Below, piece after piece: positions 19,279 to 30,482 of a stretch of DNA of 64,000 nucleotides. The notes below the pieces were generated by a model. The model saw only the letters and a program-made list of their open reading frames with translations. It had not been told where the DNA came from and did not search any database. This DNA comes from Bacillota bacterium (GTDB taxonomy: Bacteria; Bacillota; Sulfobacillia; JAIMAT01), in assembly GCA_029960955.1 (NCBI GenBank), contig JASBVS010000002.1:146470-210469 (forward strand). Direction: 5' to 3'. Positions within the stretch are counted from its first letter, which is position 1. Each line of letters begins with the position of its first letter. The position numbers and the translations under genes were made by a program.

Positions 19279-20943
19279 ATGGCCATCCGGCAGCAGGCGC
19301 CCGGGCAGGGGCCGCAGGCGGAGAGCCGGCCGGAAGCGGAGGGCGGGCTGCGGAAGCCGCGCTTCCTGACCCGTTCCGAGATGGAGGTGCCGGCCTTCGT
19401 CCGGCCGGAGCAGCTGGCGGAGGAGGGCTTCGACTACGAGCGGGACCTGGGCGACCCGGGCGAGTACCCCTTCACCCGGGGGATCCACCCCACCATGTAC
19501 CGCGGCCGCCTCTGGACCATGCGCGAGTTCGCCGGCTTCGGCGACGCGGCGGCCACCAACCGGCGCTTCCACTACCTGCTGGAGCAGGGACAGACCGGTC
19601 TGAGCGTCGCCTTCGACTTCCCCACGCTCCTGGGCTACGACTCGGACGCTCCCGTGGCCGAGGGCGAGGTGGGCCGCATGGGCGTGGCCGTGGACACGCT
19701 GGCCGACATGGAGCGCCTCTTCGAGGGCATCCCGCTCGACCGGGTCTCCACCTCCATGACCATCAACGGCCCGGCCATGATCCTCTTCGCCATGTACCTG
19801 GCGCTGGCCAGGAAGCGGGGGATCCCCTTCGACCGGCTGAACGGGACGATCCAGAACGACATCCTCAAGGAGTACACCGCGCAGAAGACCTATATCTTCC
19901 CGATCCGGCCGTCGCTGAAGATCATCACCGACATCATGGCCTACGCCTCGGAAGAGGTGCCGCGGTGGAACACCATTTCCATCTCCGGCTACCACATCCG
20001 CGAGGCGGGGGCCACCGCCGTACAGGAGCTGGCCTTCACCCTGGCCGACGGCTTCACCTACGTGGAGGAAGGGATCAAGGCCGGCCTGGACGTCGACCGC
20101 TTCGCGCCACGCCTCTCCTTCTTCTGGGACATCCACCTCAACTTCTTCGAGGAGATCGCCAAGATCCGCGCCGCCCGCCGCATCTGGGCGCGGGAGATGC
20201 GCGAGCGCTTCGGCGCCAGGAACCCGCGCTCCTGGACGATGCGCTTCCACAGCCAGACGGCGGGCGTCTCGCTCACCGCCCAGCAGCCCGAGGTGAACAT
20301 CGTCCGCACCGCCTTCGAGGCGCTGGCGGCCGTGCTGGCGGGTACGCAGTCGCTCCACACCAACTCCTTCGACGAGGCGCTGGCGCTGCCCACGGAGGAG
20401 GCGGTGCGGCTGGCGCTGCGCACGCAGCAGGTGATCGCCGAGGAGATCGGCGTGGCCGACACCGTCGACCCGCTGGCCGGCTCCTACTACGTCGAGTGGC
20501 TGACGAACCGCATGGAGCGGGCGGCCTACGACTACTTCCGCCGCATCGAGGCCGTGGGCGGCGTCGTGGCCGGCATCGAGAAGGGCTTCTTCCAGCGCGA
20601 GATCGCCGACGCCGCCTACCGCCAGCAGCTCCGCCTGCAGTCGGGCGAGGAGGTCGTCGTCGGCGTCAACAAGTACGTCCTGGAGGAGGAGCAGCCGCCG
20701 CGCATCCTGCGCATCGACCCGGCCGTCGAGCGGGAGCAGGTGGAGCGCCTGCGGCGCGTCCGCGCCGAGCGCGACCCGCGGGCGGTCGCCGAGGCGCTGG
20801 AGCGGCTGGAGCGGACGGCCCGCGAAGGCGGCAACCTCATGCCCGCGCTGGTGGAGGCCGCCTCGGTCTACGCCAGCGAGGGCGAGATGGCCGACGCGCT
20901 CCGCTCCGTCTACGGCGTCTACCGCGAGGAGCCCGTCTTCTGA
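19279..20943 (+). CDS. B12-dependent acyl-CoA mutase, large (substrate-binding) subunit, isobutyryl-CoA mutase-like
   Basis: [48 protein letters not shown] and [15 protein letters not shown]. Confidence 0.93.
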   Translation: MAIRQQAPGQGPQAESRPEAEGGLRKPRFLTRSEMEVPAFVRPEQLAEEGFDYERDLGDPGEYPFTRGIHPTMYRGRLWTMREFAGFGDAAATNRRFHYLLEQGQTGLSVAFDFPTLLGYDSDAPVAEGEVGRMGVAVDTLADMERLFEGIPLDRVSTSMTINGPAMILFAMYLALARKRGIPFDRLNGTIQNDILKEYTAQKTYIFPIRPSLKIITDIMAYASEEVPRWNTISISGYHIREAGATAVQELAFTLADGFTYVEEGIKAGLDVDRFAPRLSFFWDIHLNFFEEIAKIRAARRIWAREMRERFGARNPRSWTMRFHSQTAGVSLTAQQPEVNIVRTAFEALAAVLAGTQSLHTNSFDEALALPTEEAVRLALRTQQVIAEEIGVADTVDPLAGSYYVEWLTNRMERAAYDYFRRIEAVGGVVAGIEKGFFQREIADAAYRQQLRLQSGEEVVVGVNKYVLEEEQPPRILRIDPAVEREQVERLRRVRAERDPRAVAEALERLERTAREGGNLMPALVEAASVYASEGEMADALRSVYGVYREEPVF

Positions 20944-21022
20944 ACCCGCCTCGCCCGGGCAAAGCTCGAGCGGCCGGCGGCGCTCCCGCCGCCGCCGGCC
21001 GCCAGGGAGGCCGACCACGAAG

Positions 21023-21436
21023 ATGACGCGACCACTCCGGGTTCTTGTCGCCAAGCCGGGGCTCGACCGCCACGACCGCGGCGCCAAGGTGATCGCCCGC
21101 GCGCTGCGCGACGCCGGCATGGAGGTGATCTACACCGGCCTCCACCAGACCCCGGCCGAGATCGTCGCCGCCGCCGTCCAGGAAGACGTCGACCTGGTCG
21201 GCCTCAGCATCCTCTCCGGCGCCCACATGACGCTGGTCCCGCGGGTGATCCAGGGCCTGCGCGAGGCGGGCGCCGGCGACATCCCCGTCGTCGTCGGCGG
21301 CATCATCCCGCCGGAGGACGCGGAGGAGCTGAAGAAGGCGGGCGTGCTGGAGGTCTTCGGGCCGGGAAGCTCGACGGAGGCCATCGTCGACTTCGTCCGG
21401 CGGGAGATCGGCGGCCGGGTGAACGCCCTTGGCTAG
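21023..21436 (+). CDS. Acyl-CoA mutase small subunit (cobalamin-binding domain)
   Basis: [14 protein letters not shown] (DxHxxG), SILSGAH and VGGIIP. Confidence 0.93.
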   Translation: MTRPLRVLVAKPGLDRHDRGAKVIARALRDAGMEVIYTGLHQTPAEIVAAAVQEDVDLVGLSILSGAHMTLVPRVIQGLREAGAGDIPVVVGGIIPPEDAEELKKAGVLEVFGPGSSTEAIVDFVRREIGGRVNALG

Positions 21437-22437
21437 CGCCGGGGCCGAGCCGGCCCGCCGTGCCGCCGAGGGCTGGGCCGAGCGCCTCCTCGCCGGGGAG
21501 AAGCGCGCCCTCGCCCGCCTGATCACGCTCATCGAGGAACGCGACCCGGCGGCGAGCGACGTGCTCCGCCTCCTCCACCCCCGCGTCGGGCAGGCGCACG
21601 TCGTCGGGGTCACCGGCGCCGCGGGCGCCGGCAAGAGCACGCTGATCACGGCGCTCGCCCGCGAGCTCCGCGCCCGCGGTCCGAGCGTCGCCGTCCTGGC
21701 CGTCGACCCCTCCAGCCCGCTCACCGGCGGCGCCCTGCTGGGCGACCGGATCCGCCTGGGCGACCTCTCCACCGATCCGGGGCTCTTCTTCCGGAGCTTC
21801 GCCAGCCGCGGCCACCTGGGCGGCCTCAGCCGGGCGGTGGCGGACGCGGTCCGCGCCGTCGACGCCGCCGGCTACCAGGCGGTGCTGGTCGAGACCGTGG
21901 GCGCCGGCCAGTCGGAGGTGGAGGTGAGCGAGCTGGCGCACACCACGCTGGTGGTGCTCGCCCCCAACCTCGGCGACGACGTCCAGGCGGCCAAGGCGGG
22001 CCTGCTGGAGGTGGCGGACGTCTTCGCCGTCAACAAGGCGGACCTGCCCGGGGCACGGGAGACGGCGGGCGAGATCCGGGCCATGCTGGGCCTCGGTCCG
22101 GCGCGGCCGTGGACGCCGCCGGTGGTGGAGCTCTCCGCGCGCACCGGCGAGGGCGTCGCCGGCCTGCTGGAGGCGCTGGAGCGGCACCGGGACTTCCTGG
22201 TGGCGAGCGGGCGCTGGGGCGAGAAGCTCCGCCGCTCCGCCGCCCACCAGCTGCGCGACCTGCTGGGCGAGGAGCTCCTCCGGGCGGCGCTGGCGCGGCT
22301 GGAGGCGGAGGGCAGCTGGCAGGCCTGGGTGGAGGCGGTGGCGCGCCGCGAGAGGGACCCGTATACGCTGAGCGAGGAGCTGGCCCGTCGCCTGCTGGCC
22401 GGAGCGACTGGCCGGCCCCGGGGGGAGGGGGAGGCCC

Positions 22438-22448
<11 letters not shown>
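21429..22448 (+). CDS. meaB: MeaB/ArgK family GTPase chaperone
   Basis: [37 protein letters not shown] and NKAD. Confidence 0.93.
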
Positions 22449-23646
<1,198 letters not shown>

Positions 23647-23723
23647 GCGCTGCGGCCTCGCCTCGCCGGCGCCCCGCCGGGCGGATCCACCCGATCCGCG
23701 CTGCGCCCGCTCTTCCCCGCTCC

Positions 23724-24860
23724 TCAGCGCCGCCCCGGGGGCGGCTCCAGCGCCAGCGCCGTCACCAGCGGCACCTCCGCGACAGGCTGGCCGTCGATCC
23801 GGACGACGGCCAGGCCGACGCGCTCGCCGGCGGCGAGGCGGGGGGGCCAGACGGCGGGGAGGAGGCGCTGGACGCGGAGCCGGCCGAGCTCGCCGGGGCG
23901 GACGGGCAGCAGGAAGGGGCCCGGTCCGGCGGTGGTCAGGACCGCCGTCCGCCCGTCGCCGGTCGGCACGCGAATCGGCCCCTCCAGGCCCGGCACCGGC
24001 ACGCGGCGGAAGCTCCGCCAGCCCCACTCCAGGAGCCTGAGCGTGTCCTCGTACTGCCCGTAGAAGTTGTCGCGCAGGACGACGGCCACCAGCTGCCAGC
24101 CGTCCCGCGTCGCCGAACCGACGAAGGTGTTGCCGGCCGCCCGCGTGTAGCCCGTCTTCACCCCGTCCAGCGGCCGGCCCAGCATCCGGTTGTGGTTGAC
24201 GAGGAAGTGGACGGATCCGTCCGGCCAGCGGACCCGCCAGACCGGCGTGGAGACGATCTGGCGGACGGTCGGGTCGAGGAGCGCCGCGCGGGCGATCCGC
24301 GCCATGTCCACCGCCGTCGTCACGTGGCGCGCGTCGGGCAGGCCGCTGGCGTTGGTGAAGCGGGTGTGGAGCGCGCCCAGGCGGCGCGCCTCGGCGTTCA
24401 TCAGGAGGACGAAGTTCGCCTCGCTGCCGGCCACCGCCTCCGCGACGGCGCGCGCCGCGTCGTTGCCCGACTCCAGCAGCAGGCCGTAGAGCAGGTCGCG
24501 CAGCGGCAGGCGCATGCCCGCCCGCAGGTACATGCTGGAGCCCTCGGCGCTGGCGGCGTACCGGCTGACCTCCACCGGCGTCTCCAGGTCGAGCTTGTGG
24601 ACCGCGACCAGCGCCGTGAGAATCTTGGTGATGCTGGCCGGGTAGCCGGGCACCTCGCCGGCCTTGGCGTAGAGCAGGCGGCCGCTGGCCACGTCCAGCA
24701 GGGCGGCCGAACCCGCCTGCAGCTCCGGCGGCGCCAGCGGCGCCCGCAGCGGCTGCCGGGGGGCCGCCGGCCCGGGCGGCGGCGGTGCCGCCGGGGGCGG
24801 CTCGCCCTGCGCCGAGGCGGCGGGGCCCAGGCCGACCACGAGAGCCAGGAGCAGCGCCAT
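23724..24860 (-). CDS. D-alanyl-D-alanine carboxypeptidase (peptidase S11, DacB/DacF-like)
   Basis: Signal peptide, PASITK (SxxK), ESGNDAA (SxN) and GVKTG; start uncertain. Confidence 0.9.
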   Translation of the reverse strand: MALLLALVVGLGPAASAQGEPPPAAPPPPGPAAPRQPLRAPLAPPELQAGSAALLDVASGRLLYAKAGEVPGYPASITKILTALVAVHKLDLETPVEVSRYAASAEGSSMYLRAGMRLPLRDLLYGLLLESGNDAARAVAEAVAGSEANFVLLMNAEARRLGALHTRFTNASGLPDARHVTTAVDMARIARAALLDPTVRQIVSTPVWRVRWPDGSVHFLVNHNRMLGRPLDGVKTGYTRAAGNTFVGSATRDGWQLVAVVLRDNFYGQYEDTLRLLEWGWRSFRRVPVPGLEGPIRVPTGDGRTAVLTTAGPGPFLLPVRPGELGRLRVQRLLPAVWPPRLAAGERVGLAVVRIDGQPVAEVPLVTALALEPPPGRR

Positions 24861-24978
24861 GCGGATGCGTTGTCGGCGTGAACGCCCGTCGCGGGCGGCG
24901 TGACAGAGATCGATCACGGGCAGTAGGCTGGCTGGCGGAAGAGACGGGTATACCCGTGGCACCGGGAGGCGAGGGCGA

Positions 24979-25407
24979 GTGCGCTTCGAACGCGCGGCGG
25001 GCGGGGTCGTCTTCCGCCCGGAGCGGGAGACGTCGAGCATCCTGCTGGTGCTCGACCGCTTCGGTCGCTGGACCTTTCCCAAGGGGCACGTGGAGCACGG
25101 CGAGAGCGACGAGGAGGCCGCGCTCCGCGAAATCGAGGAGGAGACGGGGGTGAGCGGCCGGGTGGTGGACGAGCTCCCCGCGACGCGGTATCGCTTCCTC
25201 CCGCCCGGCGAAGCCGAGGAAGTCGAGAAGGAGGTCCGCTACTTCCTCGTCCGGGCGACGGGCGGCGAGCCGCGCCCGCGGCCGGGCGAGACGCGCGAGG
25301 TGCGCTGGTTCCGGCCGGAGGAGGTCGGGGGCCTGGCGCAGTACCCGAACAACCGGCCCGTGCTGGAGGCTGCGCTGGCGGCGCTGCGCGCCGGCGCCGG
25401 CCGGTGA
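24979..25407 (+). CDS. NUDIX hydrolase (Ap4A hydrolase-like)
   Basis: Nudix box in WTFPKGHVEHGESDEEAALREIEEETG. Confidence 0.9.
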   Translation: MRFERAAGGVVFRPERETSSILLVLDRFGRWTFPKGHVEHGESDEEAALREIEEETGVSGRVVDELPATRYRFLPPGEAEEVEKEVRYFLVRATGGEPRPRPGETREVRWFRPEEVGGLAQYPNNRPVLEAALAALRAGAGR

Positions 25408-26174
25408 GCGCGCGGATGGAGGTGGAGGTGGTCACCCGGCGGGAGGAGCTCCGGCCCGAGGCGCTGCGGGGCCGGGCGGCCGTCGTCATCGACACGCTTC
25501 GCGCCACCACCTCCATCGCCACGGCGCTGGCCGCCGGCGCCGCCTGGGTGCTCCCCGTCGACTCGGAGGAGGCGGCGCGGGCCGCGGCGGCGAGGCTCCG
25601 CGACCCGCTCGGCGAGGCGCCGCTGCTGGCCGGCGAGCGCGACCGCGTCCGCATCCCCGGCTTCGACCTGGGAAACTCGCCGGCGGAGTTCGCCCCCGGG
25701 CGGGTGCGCGGACGCGGCATCGTGCTCTGCACGACCAACGGCTCCCGCGCGCTCCACGCGGCGGCGCCCTGCGCGGAGCGCCTCTACTGCGCGGCGCTGG
25801 TCAACGCGGGCGCGGTGGCGGCCGAGCTGGGCCGCACGGGCGCGGAGCGGCTGACGCTGGTCTGCTCGGGCTCGGGCGGGCACTTCTCGGTGGAGGACTT
25901 CCTGACCGCGGGCTGCCTGATCGAGCGCCTGGGCGCGGCGGACGGGCTGGAGGACCCCCGCGGGGAGGCGCTCCGTCTCGACGACGCCGCCCTGGCGGCC
26001 TGGCTCGCCTGGCGGAGCGGCCGCGAGCGGCTGCGCTCGATCGTGGAGCCGGGGCGGGCCGCGCGCGCGCTGGCCCGGGTCGGGCTGGAGGCGGACGTGG
26101 AGGAGGCGCTCCGCCTCGATGCGCTCGACGTCGTGCCCGTCCTCCGCGACGGGCGGCTGGTCGCGCTCCGTTGA
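25404..26174 (+). CDS. comB: 2-phosphosulfolactate phosphatase family protein
   Basis: VVIDTLRATTSI, GER...GFDLGNSP, TTNGS and FSVED. Confidence 0.9.
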   Translation: MSARMEVEVVTRREELRPEALRGRAAVVIDTLRATTSIATALAAGAAWVLPVDSEEAARAAAARLRDPLGEAPLLAGERDRVRIPGFDLGNSPAEFAPGRVRGRGIVLCTTNGSRALHAAAPCAERLYCAALVNAGAVAAELGRTGAERLTLVCSGSGGHFSVEDFLTAGCLIERLGAADGLEDPRGEALRLDDAALAAWLAWRSGRERLRSIVEPGRAARALARVGLEADVEEALRLDALDVVPVLRDGRLVALR

Positions 26175-26326
26175 GGCGGGGCGCGCGGGGAAGACTTGGA
26201 CGCGGGACGAGAGAAAGCCGGCCGGCCGCACCGGGTGCCGGGGGACCGGCCGGCGGCGCGCCGCCGGCGTGGGTGGGCGACGTCCGTCGGACCGGCGCCT
26301 CCGACGCGACGTCGACATAGAAAAAA

Positions 26327-26403
26327 TGGTCGGGATGGCGAGATTCGAACTCGCGACCTCCGCGTCCCGAACGCGGCGCCCTGCCAAACTGGGCCACATC
26401 CCG
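26327..26403 (-). tRNA. tRNA-Pro (anticodon CGG), CCA encoded
   Basis: Reverse strand reads CGGGATGTGGCCCAGTTTGGCAGGGCGCCGCGTTCGGGACGCGGAGGTCGCGAGTTCGAATCTCGCCATCCCGACCA and folds as a cloverleaf. Confidence 0.97.
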
Positions 26404-26415
26404 GCGGCGTCTCGC

Positions 26416-26445
26416 ATTCTAAGGCGCCCCGCCCGCCCTTGTCAA
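26416..26445 (-). promoter_or_regulatory. sigmaA promoter of tRNA-Pro
   Basis: TTGACA-18-TAGAAT on the minus strand. Confidence 0.85.
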
Positions 26446-26502
26446 ACCGGCGCAGCCCGGCCGAGGCGGGCGCGGGCGTGCGGGGAGGTCGATGGGCTCG
26501 CC

Positions 26503-27912
26503 ATGAGGAGAGCGACAGAGCGGCTGCGCTTCGCCCTCGCCTGGCGGCTGGTGGTCGCCGCCGGGCGACTGGCCCGCCTGGCCGGGCACGGCGGCTCCAG
26601 CTTCCCGGGGCTCCTGGGGCGCCGCCTCGACCCGCGCCTCCTCGAGCACCTGGCGGGCGAACTGGAGCAGGGAAGCGCCGTCGTCACCGGGACCAACGGG
26701 AAGACGACCACCGCCACGCTCCTGGCCGAGATCGGGCGCCAGGCCGGCCTGCGCCTCGCCCACAACGCCGCCGGCGCCAACCTGGTCGGCGGCCTGATCA
26801 CCAGCCTGGCCGGCCAGCGCGCGGAGGGCGCCCGCCAGTTCGCCGTCCTCGAGGTGGACGAGGCGACGGTCGCCCGCGCCATGCCGGCCGTCCGCCCGCG
26901 CCTGATCGTGGTGACCAACTTCTTCCGCGACCAGCTCGACCGCTACGGCGAGCTGCTGGGCGCCGTGGGCCGCGTCGCCGAGGGGATCCGGGCGGTGCCG
27001 GAGACGGAGCTGCTGCTCAACGCCGACGACCCGCACGTCGCCTCGCTGGCGCGGGGGGACCGGAAGGTCCGCTTCTACGCGCTGAAGCTGCCACCGGGCG
27101 CGGCGGCCAGGAAGCCGACCGGCGACGCCGTCCTCTGCCCCCGCTGCGGGCACCCGCTGGCCTACCGGAGCGTCACCTTCGCCCACCTGGGCGACTACGC
27201 CTGCTCCGCCTGCGGCTTCCGCCGGCCCGCGCCCGACGCGGAGGGCGAGGTGCTGCGGAGCGGCCGCGAGACGGCGCTCCGCATCCGCGCCGGCGGGCGG
27301 CAGCTGGCCAGCCTGGTGCGCTTCCAGCTGCCCGGCCTCTACAACGCGTACAACGCCGTGGCGGCGGCGGCCGCCGCCTGGTCGCTGGGCTGGCCCGCCG
27401 AGGCGGCGGCCCGGGCGCTGGCGGAGGCGACGCCCGCCTTCGGCAGGATGGAGCGCTTCGTCGCCCAGGGCCACCCGGTCCGGCTGGCGCTGGTCAAGAA
27501 TCCGGCCGGCTTCGACGCGGTTCTCGAGACGCTGGCCGCCGAGGGCGAGCCGGGCGCGCTGATCGTCGCCGTCAACGACCTGGAGGCCGACGGCCGCGAC
27601 GTCTCCTGGCTCTGGGACGTCCGCTTCGAGGACTTCCCGGAGCTGCTCGCCCGGAGCGAGCCGCTGGTGGCCTCGGGGCTGCGCGCGGAAGACATGGCGC
27701 TCCGCCTGGCGCTGGCGGGCGTCGAGCGGGAGCGGATCGAGCTCGAAGCCGATCCGGAACGGGCCCTGCAGGCGGTGCTGGCACGCCTTCCCGGCGGGCG
27801 GGCGGTCACCGTCTGCCTGACCTACACCGCGCTGCTCGACCTGCACCGGCGCCTGGCGAGGCGCTACGCGCTGCCGGCTTTCTGGGAACGGGGGGCGCGA
27901 CGGGGTGCTTGA
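26503..27912 (+). CDS. murT: Lipid II isoglutaminyl synthase, Mur-ligase-like subunit
   Basis: VTGTNGKTTT, GANL, EVDE, NFFRDQLDRYGE, two CxxC pairs, LVKNPAG and DGRDVSWLWD. Confidence 0.92.
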   Translation: MRRATERLRFALAWRLVVAAGRLARLAGHGGSSFPGLLGRRLDPRLLEHLAGELEQGSAVVTGTNGKTTTATLLAEIGRQAGLRLAHNAAGANLVGGLITSLAGQRAEGARQFAVLEVDEATVARAMPAVRPRLIVVTNFFRDQLDRYGELLGAVGRVAEGIRAVPETELLLNADDPHVASLARGDRKVRFYALKLPPGAAARKPTGDAVLCPRCGHPLAYRSVTFAHLGDYACSACGFRRPAPDAEGEVLRSGRETALRIRAGGRQLASLVRFQLPGLYNAYNAVAAAAAAWSLGWPAEAAARALAEATPAFGRMERFVAQGHPVRLALVKNPAGFDAVLETLAAEGEPGALIVAVNDLEADGRDVSWLWDVRFEDFPELLARSEPLVASGLRAEDMALRLALAGVERERIELEADPERALQAVLARLPGGRAVTVCLTYTALLDLHRRLARRYALPAFWERGARRGA

Positions 27913-28651
27913 GCTGCGCATCGCCCACCTCTACCCGCGCGAGCTCAACCTTTACGGCGACCGGGGCAACCTGCTGGCGCTGGCGGACCGCGTCCGCCGC
28001 CGGGGAGGACGGGTGACCGTCGTCCCGCTGGGGCCGGGCGATCCCTTCCGCCCGGCCGAGGTCGACCTCGTCTTCATCGGCGGCGGCCAGGACCGCGAGC
28101 AGCGCTGGATCGCCGAGGATCTGGCGCGGGGGAAGGGGCGCGAGCTGGTCGCGGCCGTGCGCGACGGCATGCCGCTCCTGGCCGTCTGCGGCGGCTACCA
28201 GCTGCTCGGGCGCTACTACAGGACCGCCTCGGGCGAGAAGATCCCGGGCGTCGGCCTCTTCGACCTCTGGACCGAGGCCGGACGGCGGCGGCTGATCGGC
28301 GACGTGGCCGTGGAGAGCGACCTCTGGGAGGAGGGGCGGCGGACGCTGGTCGGCTTCGAGAACCACGCCGGCCGGACCTGGCTGGGCCCCGGGGTGCGGC
28401 CGCTGGGGCGCGTCCTGCGCGGGCACGGGAACAACGACCGGGACCGCAGCGAGGGCGCGCGCTGGCTGAACGCCGTCGGCACCTACCTGCACGGCGCACT
28501 CCTGCCCAGGAATCCGCGGCTGAGCGACTGGCTGATCCTCGCCGCCTGGCGCAGGAAGTACGGCACCGAACGGCTGGATCCGCTGGACGACCGCTGGGAG
28601 CTGACCGCCCACGCGGCGGCGCTGCGCCGTCTCGGCCTGGCCGCGAGCTAG
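27905..28651 (+). CDS. gatD: Lipid II isoglutaminyl synthase, glutaminase subunit (CobQ-like)
   Basis: NLYGDRGN, GGGQDREQ, VCGGYQLLG, GFENHAG and TYLHG. Confidence 0.93.
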   Translation: MLELRIAHLYPRELNLYGDRGNLLALADRVRRRGGRVTVVPLGPGDPFRPAEVDLVFIGGGQDREQRWIAEDLARGKGRELVAAVRDGMPLLAVCGGYQLLGRYYRTASGEKIPGVGLFDLWTEAGRRRLIGDVAVESDLWEEGRRTLVGFENHAGRTWLGPGVRPLGRVLRGHGNNDRDRSEGARWLNAVGTYLHGALLPRNPRLSDWLILAAWRRKYGTERLDPLDDRWELTAHAAALRRLGLAAS

Positions 28652-29478
28652 GCCGGGCCCGGGCGGGAGCGCGGCGGGTTGCCAGCGGCGCCGCCCTGGG
28701 GCATGGTAGAGGCTTCCTCGTGCTCGCCGGACTCCCAGAGCACGCGCGCCACCTCGGCCCCGCGGCGCCTCTCCCAGCCGGCCGGCAGGGGGCTCCGCTC
28801 CAGGACCGCCCAGATCCTTCTCGCCCTCCGGACCTGCCCTGCCTCCGCGAGGTAGCTCATCATGTTCCCCAGCAGCTCCGGCACCAGATCCTCCTGGCCC
28901 GTCCGCCGTGCCTCCCGCAGCGCCCGCCGCGCCGGCTCCAACGCCTCGCGGGGCCGCCCGAGGCGGTAGCGGACCTCGCCGAGCCCCCACCACGCCTTGG
29001 CCTTCTCGCGGCCCGCGAGGGCGTACTTGACGGCCGCGCCGTACGCCTCCTCGGCCTGCGTCCACATCGCCAGGCTCGCCAGCGCCAGCGCCAGGTCGAG
29101 CCACTCCGCCGCGCCCGCCGGGGCCTCTCCGCCCTCGGCCCGCTCCGTCGCCTGCACCAGATGCGCCAGCGCCTTCTCCAGCGCCGAGCGGTCGCCCGCC
29201 AGCCGTCCCAGCAGAAGCTCGGCGCGCACGAGCGAGGGCCCGCGCACTCCCTTCCGCCGCGCGAGCTCCGCCTGCTGCCGCGCCAGGCGCTTCGCCCTCT
29301 CCGGATCGCCCCAGCGCCACTCCGCCTCCGCCCAGCGGAGGCCCACCTCCACCGCCGCCTCCGGGCCCGACGCGAAGCGGGCCAGGTCCAGGGCGCGGCG
29401 CCACTTCGGCCGCGACGCCTCGACCTCCCCGGCCGCCGCCAGGCGGAAGGCTTCCGCGGCGAGCTCCTCCGGCTTCAT
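28648..29478 (-). CDS. Tetratricopeptide-repeat-like helical protein
   Basis: Ala/Leu-rich helical repeats such as AWWGLGEVRYRLGRPREALEPARRAL; GGAGG SD upstream. Confidence 0.65.
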   Translation of the reverse strand: MKPEELAAEAFRLAAAGEVEASRPKWRRALDLARFASGPEAAVEVGLRWAEAEWRWGDPERAKRLARQQAELARRKGVRGPSLVRAELLLGRLAGDRSALEKALAHLVQATERAEGGEAPAGAAEWLDLALALASLAMWTQAEEAYGAAVKYALAGREKAKAWWGLGEVRYRLGRPREALEPARRALREARRTGQEDLVPELLGNMMSYLAEAGQVRRARRIWAVLERSPLPAGWERRRGAEVARVLWESGEHEEASTMPQGGAAGNPPRSRPGPA

Positions 29479-29668
29479 CCGTCTTCCTCCACGCCGGCCC
29501 TCTACGCCGTCGCACGGCCTCTCCCTGCGCCGCCGCCCGTCCGCTTCCCTGGCGCGGCGAACGCCGGGCGCGCGCGGGCACGACGCGGCCGGCCCCGCAA
29601 GCCGGGGCCGGCCGGAAGGAAAGGAGCAGGAGAAGGGGAGGGGCGGAGCCGACCGGCGGCCGCGCCCG

Positions 29669-30319
29669 TCAGCCCCCCTCCAGCAACCGGCTCAGCGTCC
29701 GCCGCACCTGGGGCGAGCGGAGCAGTTCCGCCAGCGGGTCGCCGCCCCCGGGCCGGCCCGCCGTCGCAGCCCCGCCGGCCGGAGCGCCCGGGCCGCCGGC
29801 CGGCGGGTCGTTCTTCTCCAGCTGCTCCGCCAGGGCTCTCAGGCCGCCGACCACCTCTTCGGGCCGCGTCACCACCAGCCGCGCGAGCTCGGCCAGCTCC
29901 ACCAGCGCCTCCGTCCGGCGCTCCAGCGCCTGCACGACGGCGTGCATGCCGCGCAGCTCCTGCGTCAGCTCCTCCCAGCGCAGAGTCGTGAGCGGGCGGC
30001 GGGCCCGGCGGCCCGGACCGCCGCTGCTCCGGCCCGGACCGCCCGCGGCCGGCGCCGCAGCCCAGCCGCCTTCCCCGTCGCCCGCCGGCGAGACGTCCGG
30101 GCCGGGAGCCGGCGGCGCCTCCGCCACCGCCCCCTCCCGGGCGGAGCCGGACGGGGCGGTGGAGGCCGGCTCGGTCGCGGCGCCACCTGGGCCGGCCGCG
30201 GGTAGCCCGCCCGCCGGTGCGGGCGACTCCCGATCGCCCTCGCCTCCCCTCCGCGGGCGAGGAAGCGGCCGGTACCCGGCCCCCTGCCCGCGGTTCTCCC
30301 GGTCGGCTTGCGCGTCCAT
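29669..30319 (-). CDS. Hypothetical protein (disordered Pro/Ala/Gly N-terminus, coiled coil, short C-terminal helix)
   Basis: ATG after GGAGGTGGG; coiled-coil-like WEELTQELRGMHAVVQALERRTEAL. Confidence 0.6.
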   Translation of the reverse strand: MDAQADRENRGQGAGYRPLPRPRRGGEGDRESPAPAGGLPAAGPGGAATEPASTAPSGSAREGAVAEAPPAPGPDVSPAGDGEGGWAAAPAAGGPGRSSGGPGRRARRPLTTLRWEELTQELRGMHAVVQALERRTEALVELAELARLVVTRPEEVVGGLRALAEQLEKNDPPAGGPGAPAGGAATAGRPGGGDPLAELLRSPQVRRTLSRLLEGG

Positions 30320-30482
30320 CGCTCCCACCTCCGTGCCCGAGCGGCCCAGTATATGCGGGGCCGGGGCGGGCGGCGCGGCACGTTCCCGGCGGGTGCGAGG
30401 CGGCCGCCGGCGCCTGGACTCGCCGGGCGGCAAACGCTTAGCATAGGCCGTGCGCACGCAGTTCACGGAGGCGATGGCGGAG

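Noticed and set aside
26175..26403. tRNA-Pro as an integration site
   Set aside because: No integrase, no duplicated tRNA 3' end noticed, and the flanking genes are housekeeping with similar composition.
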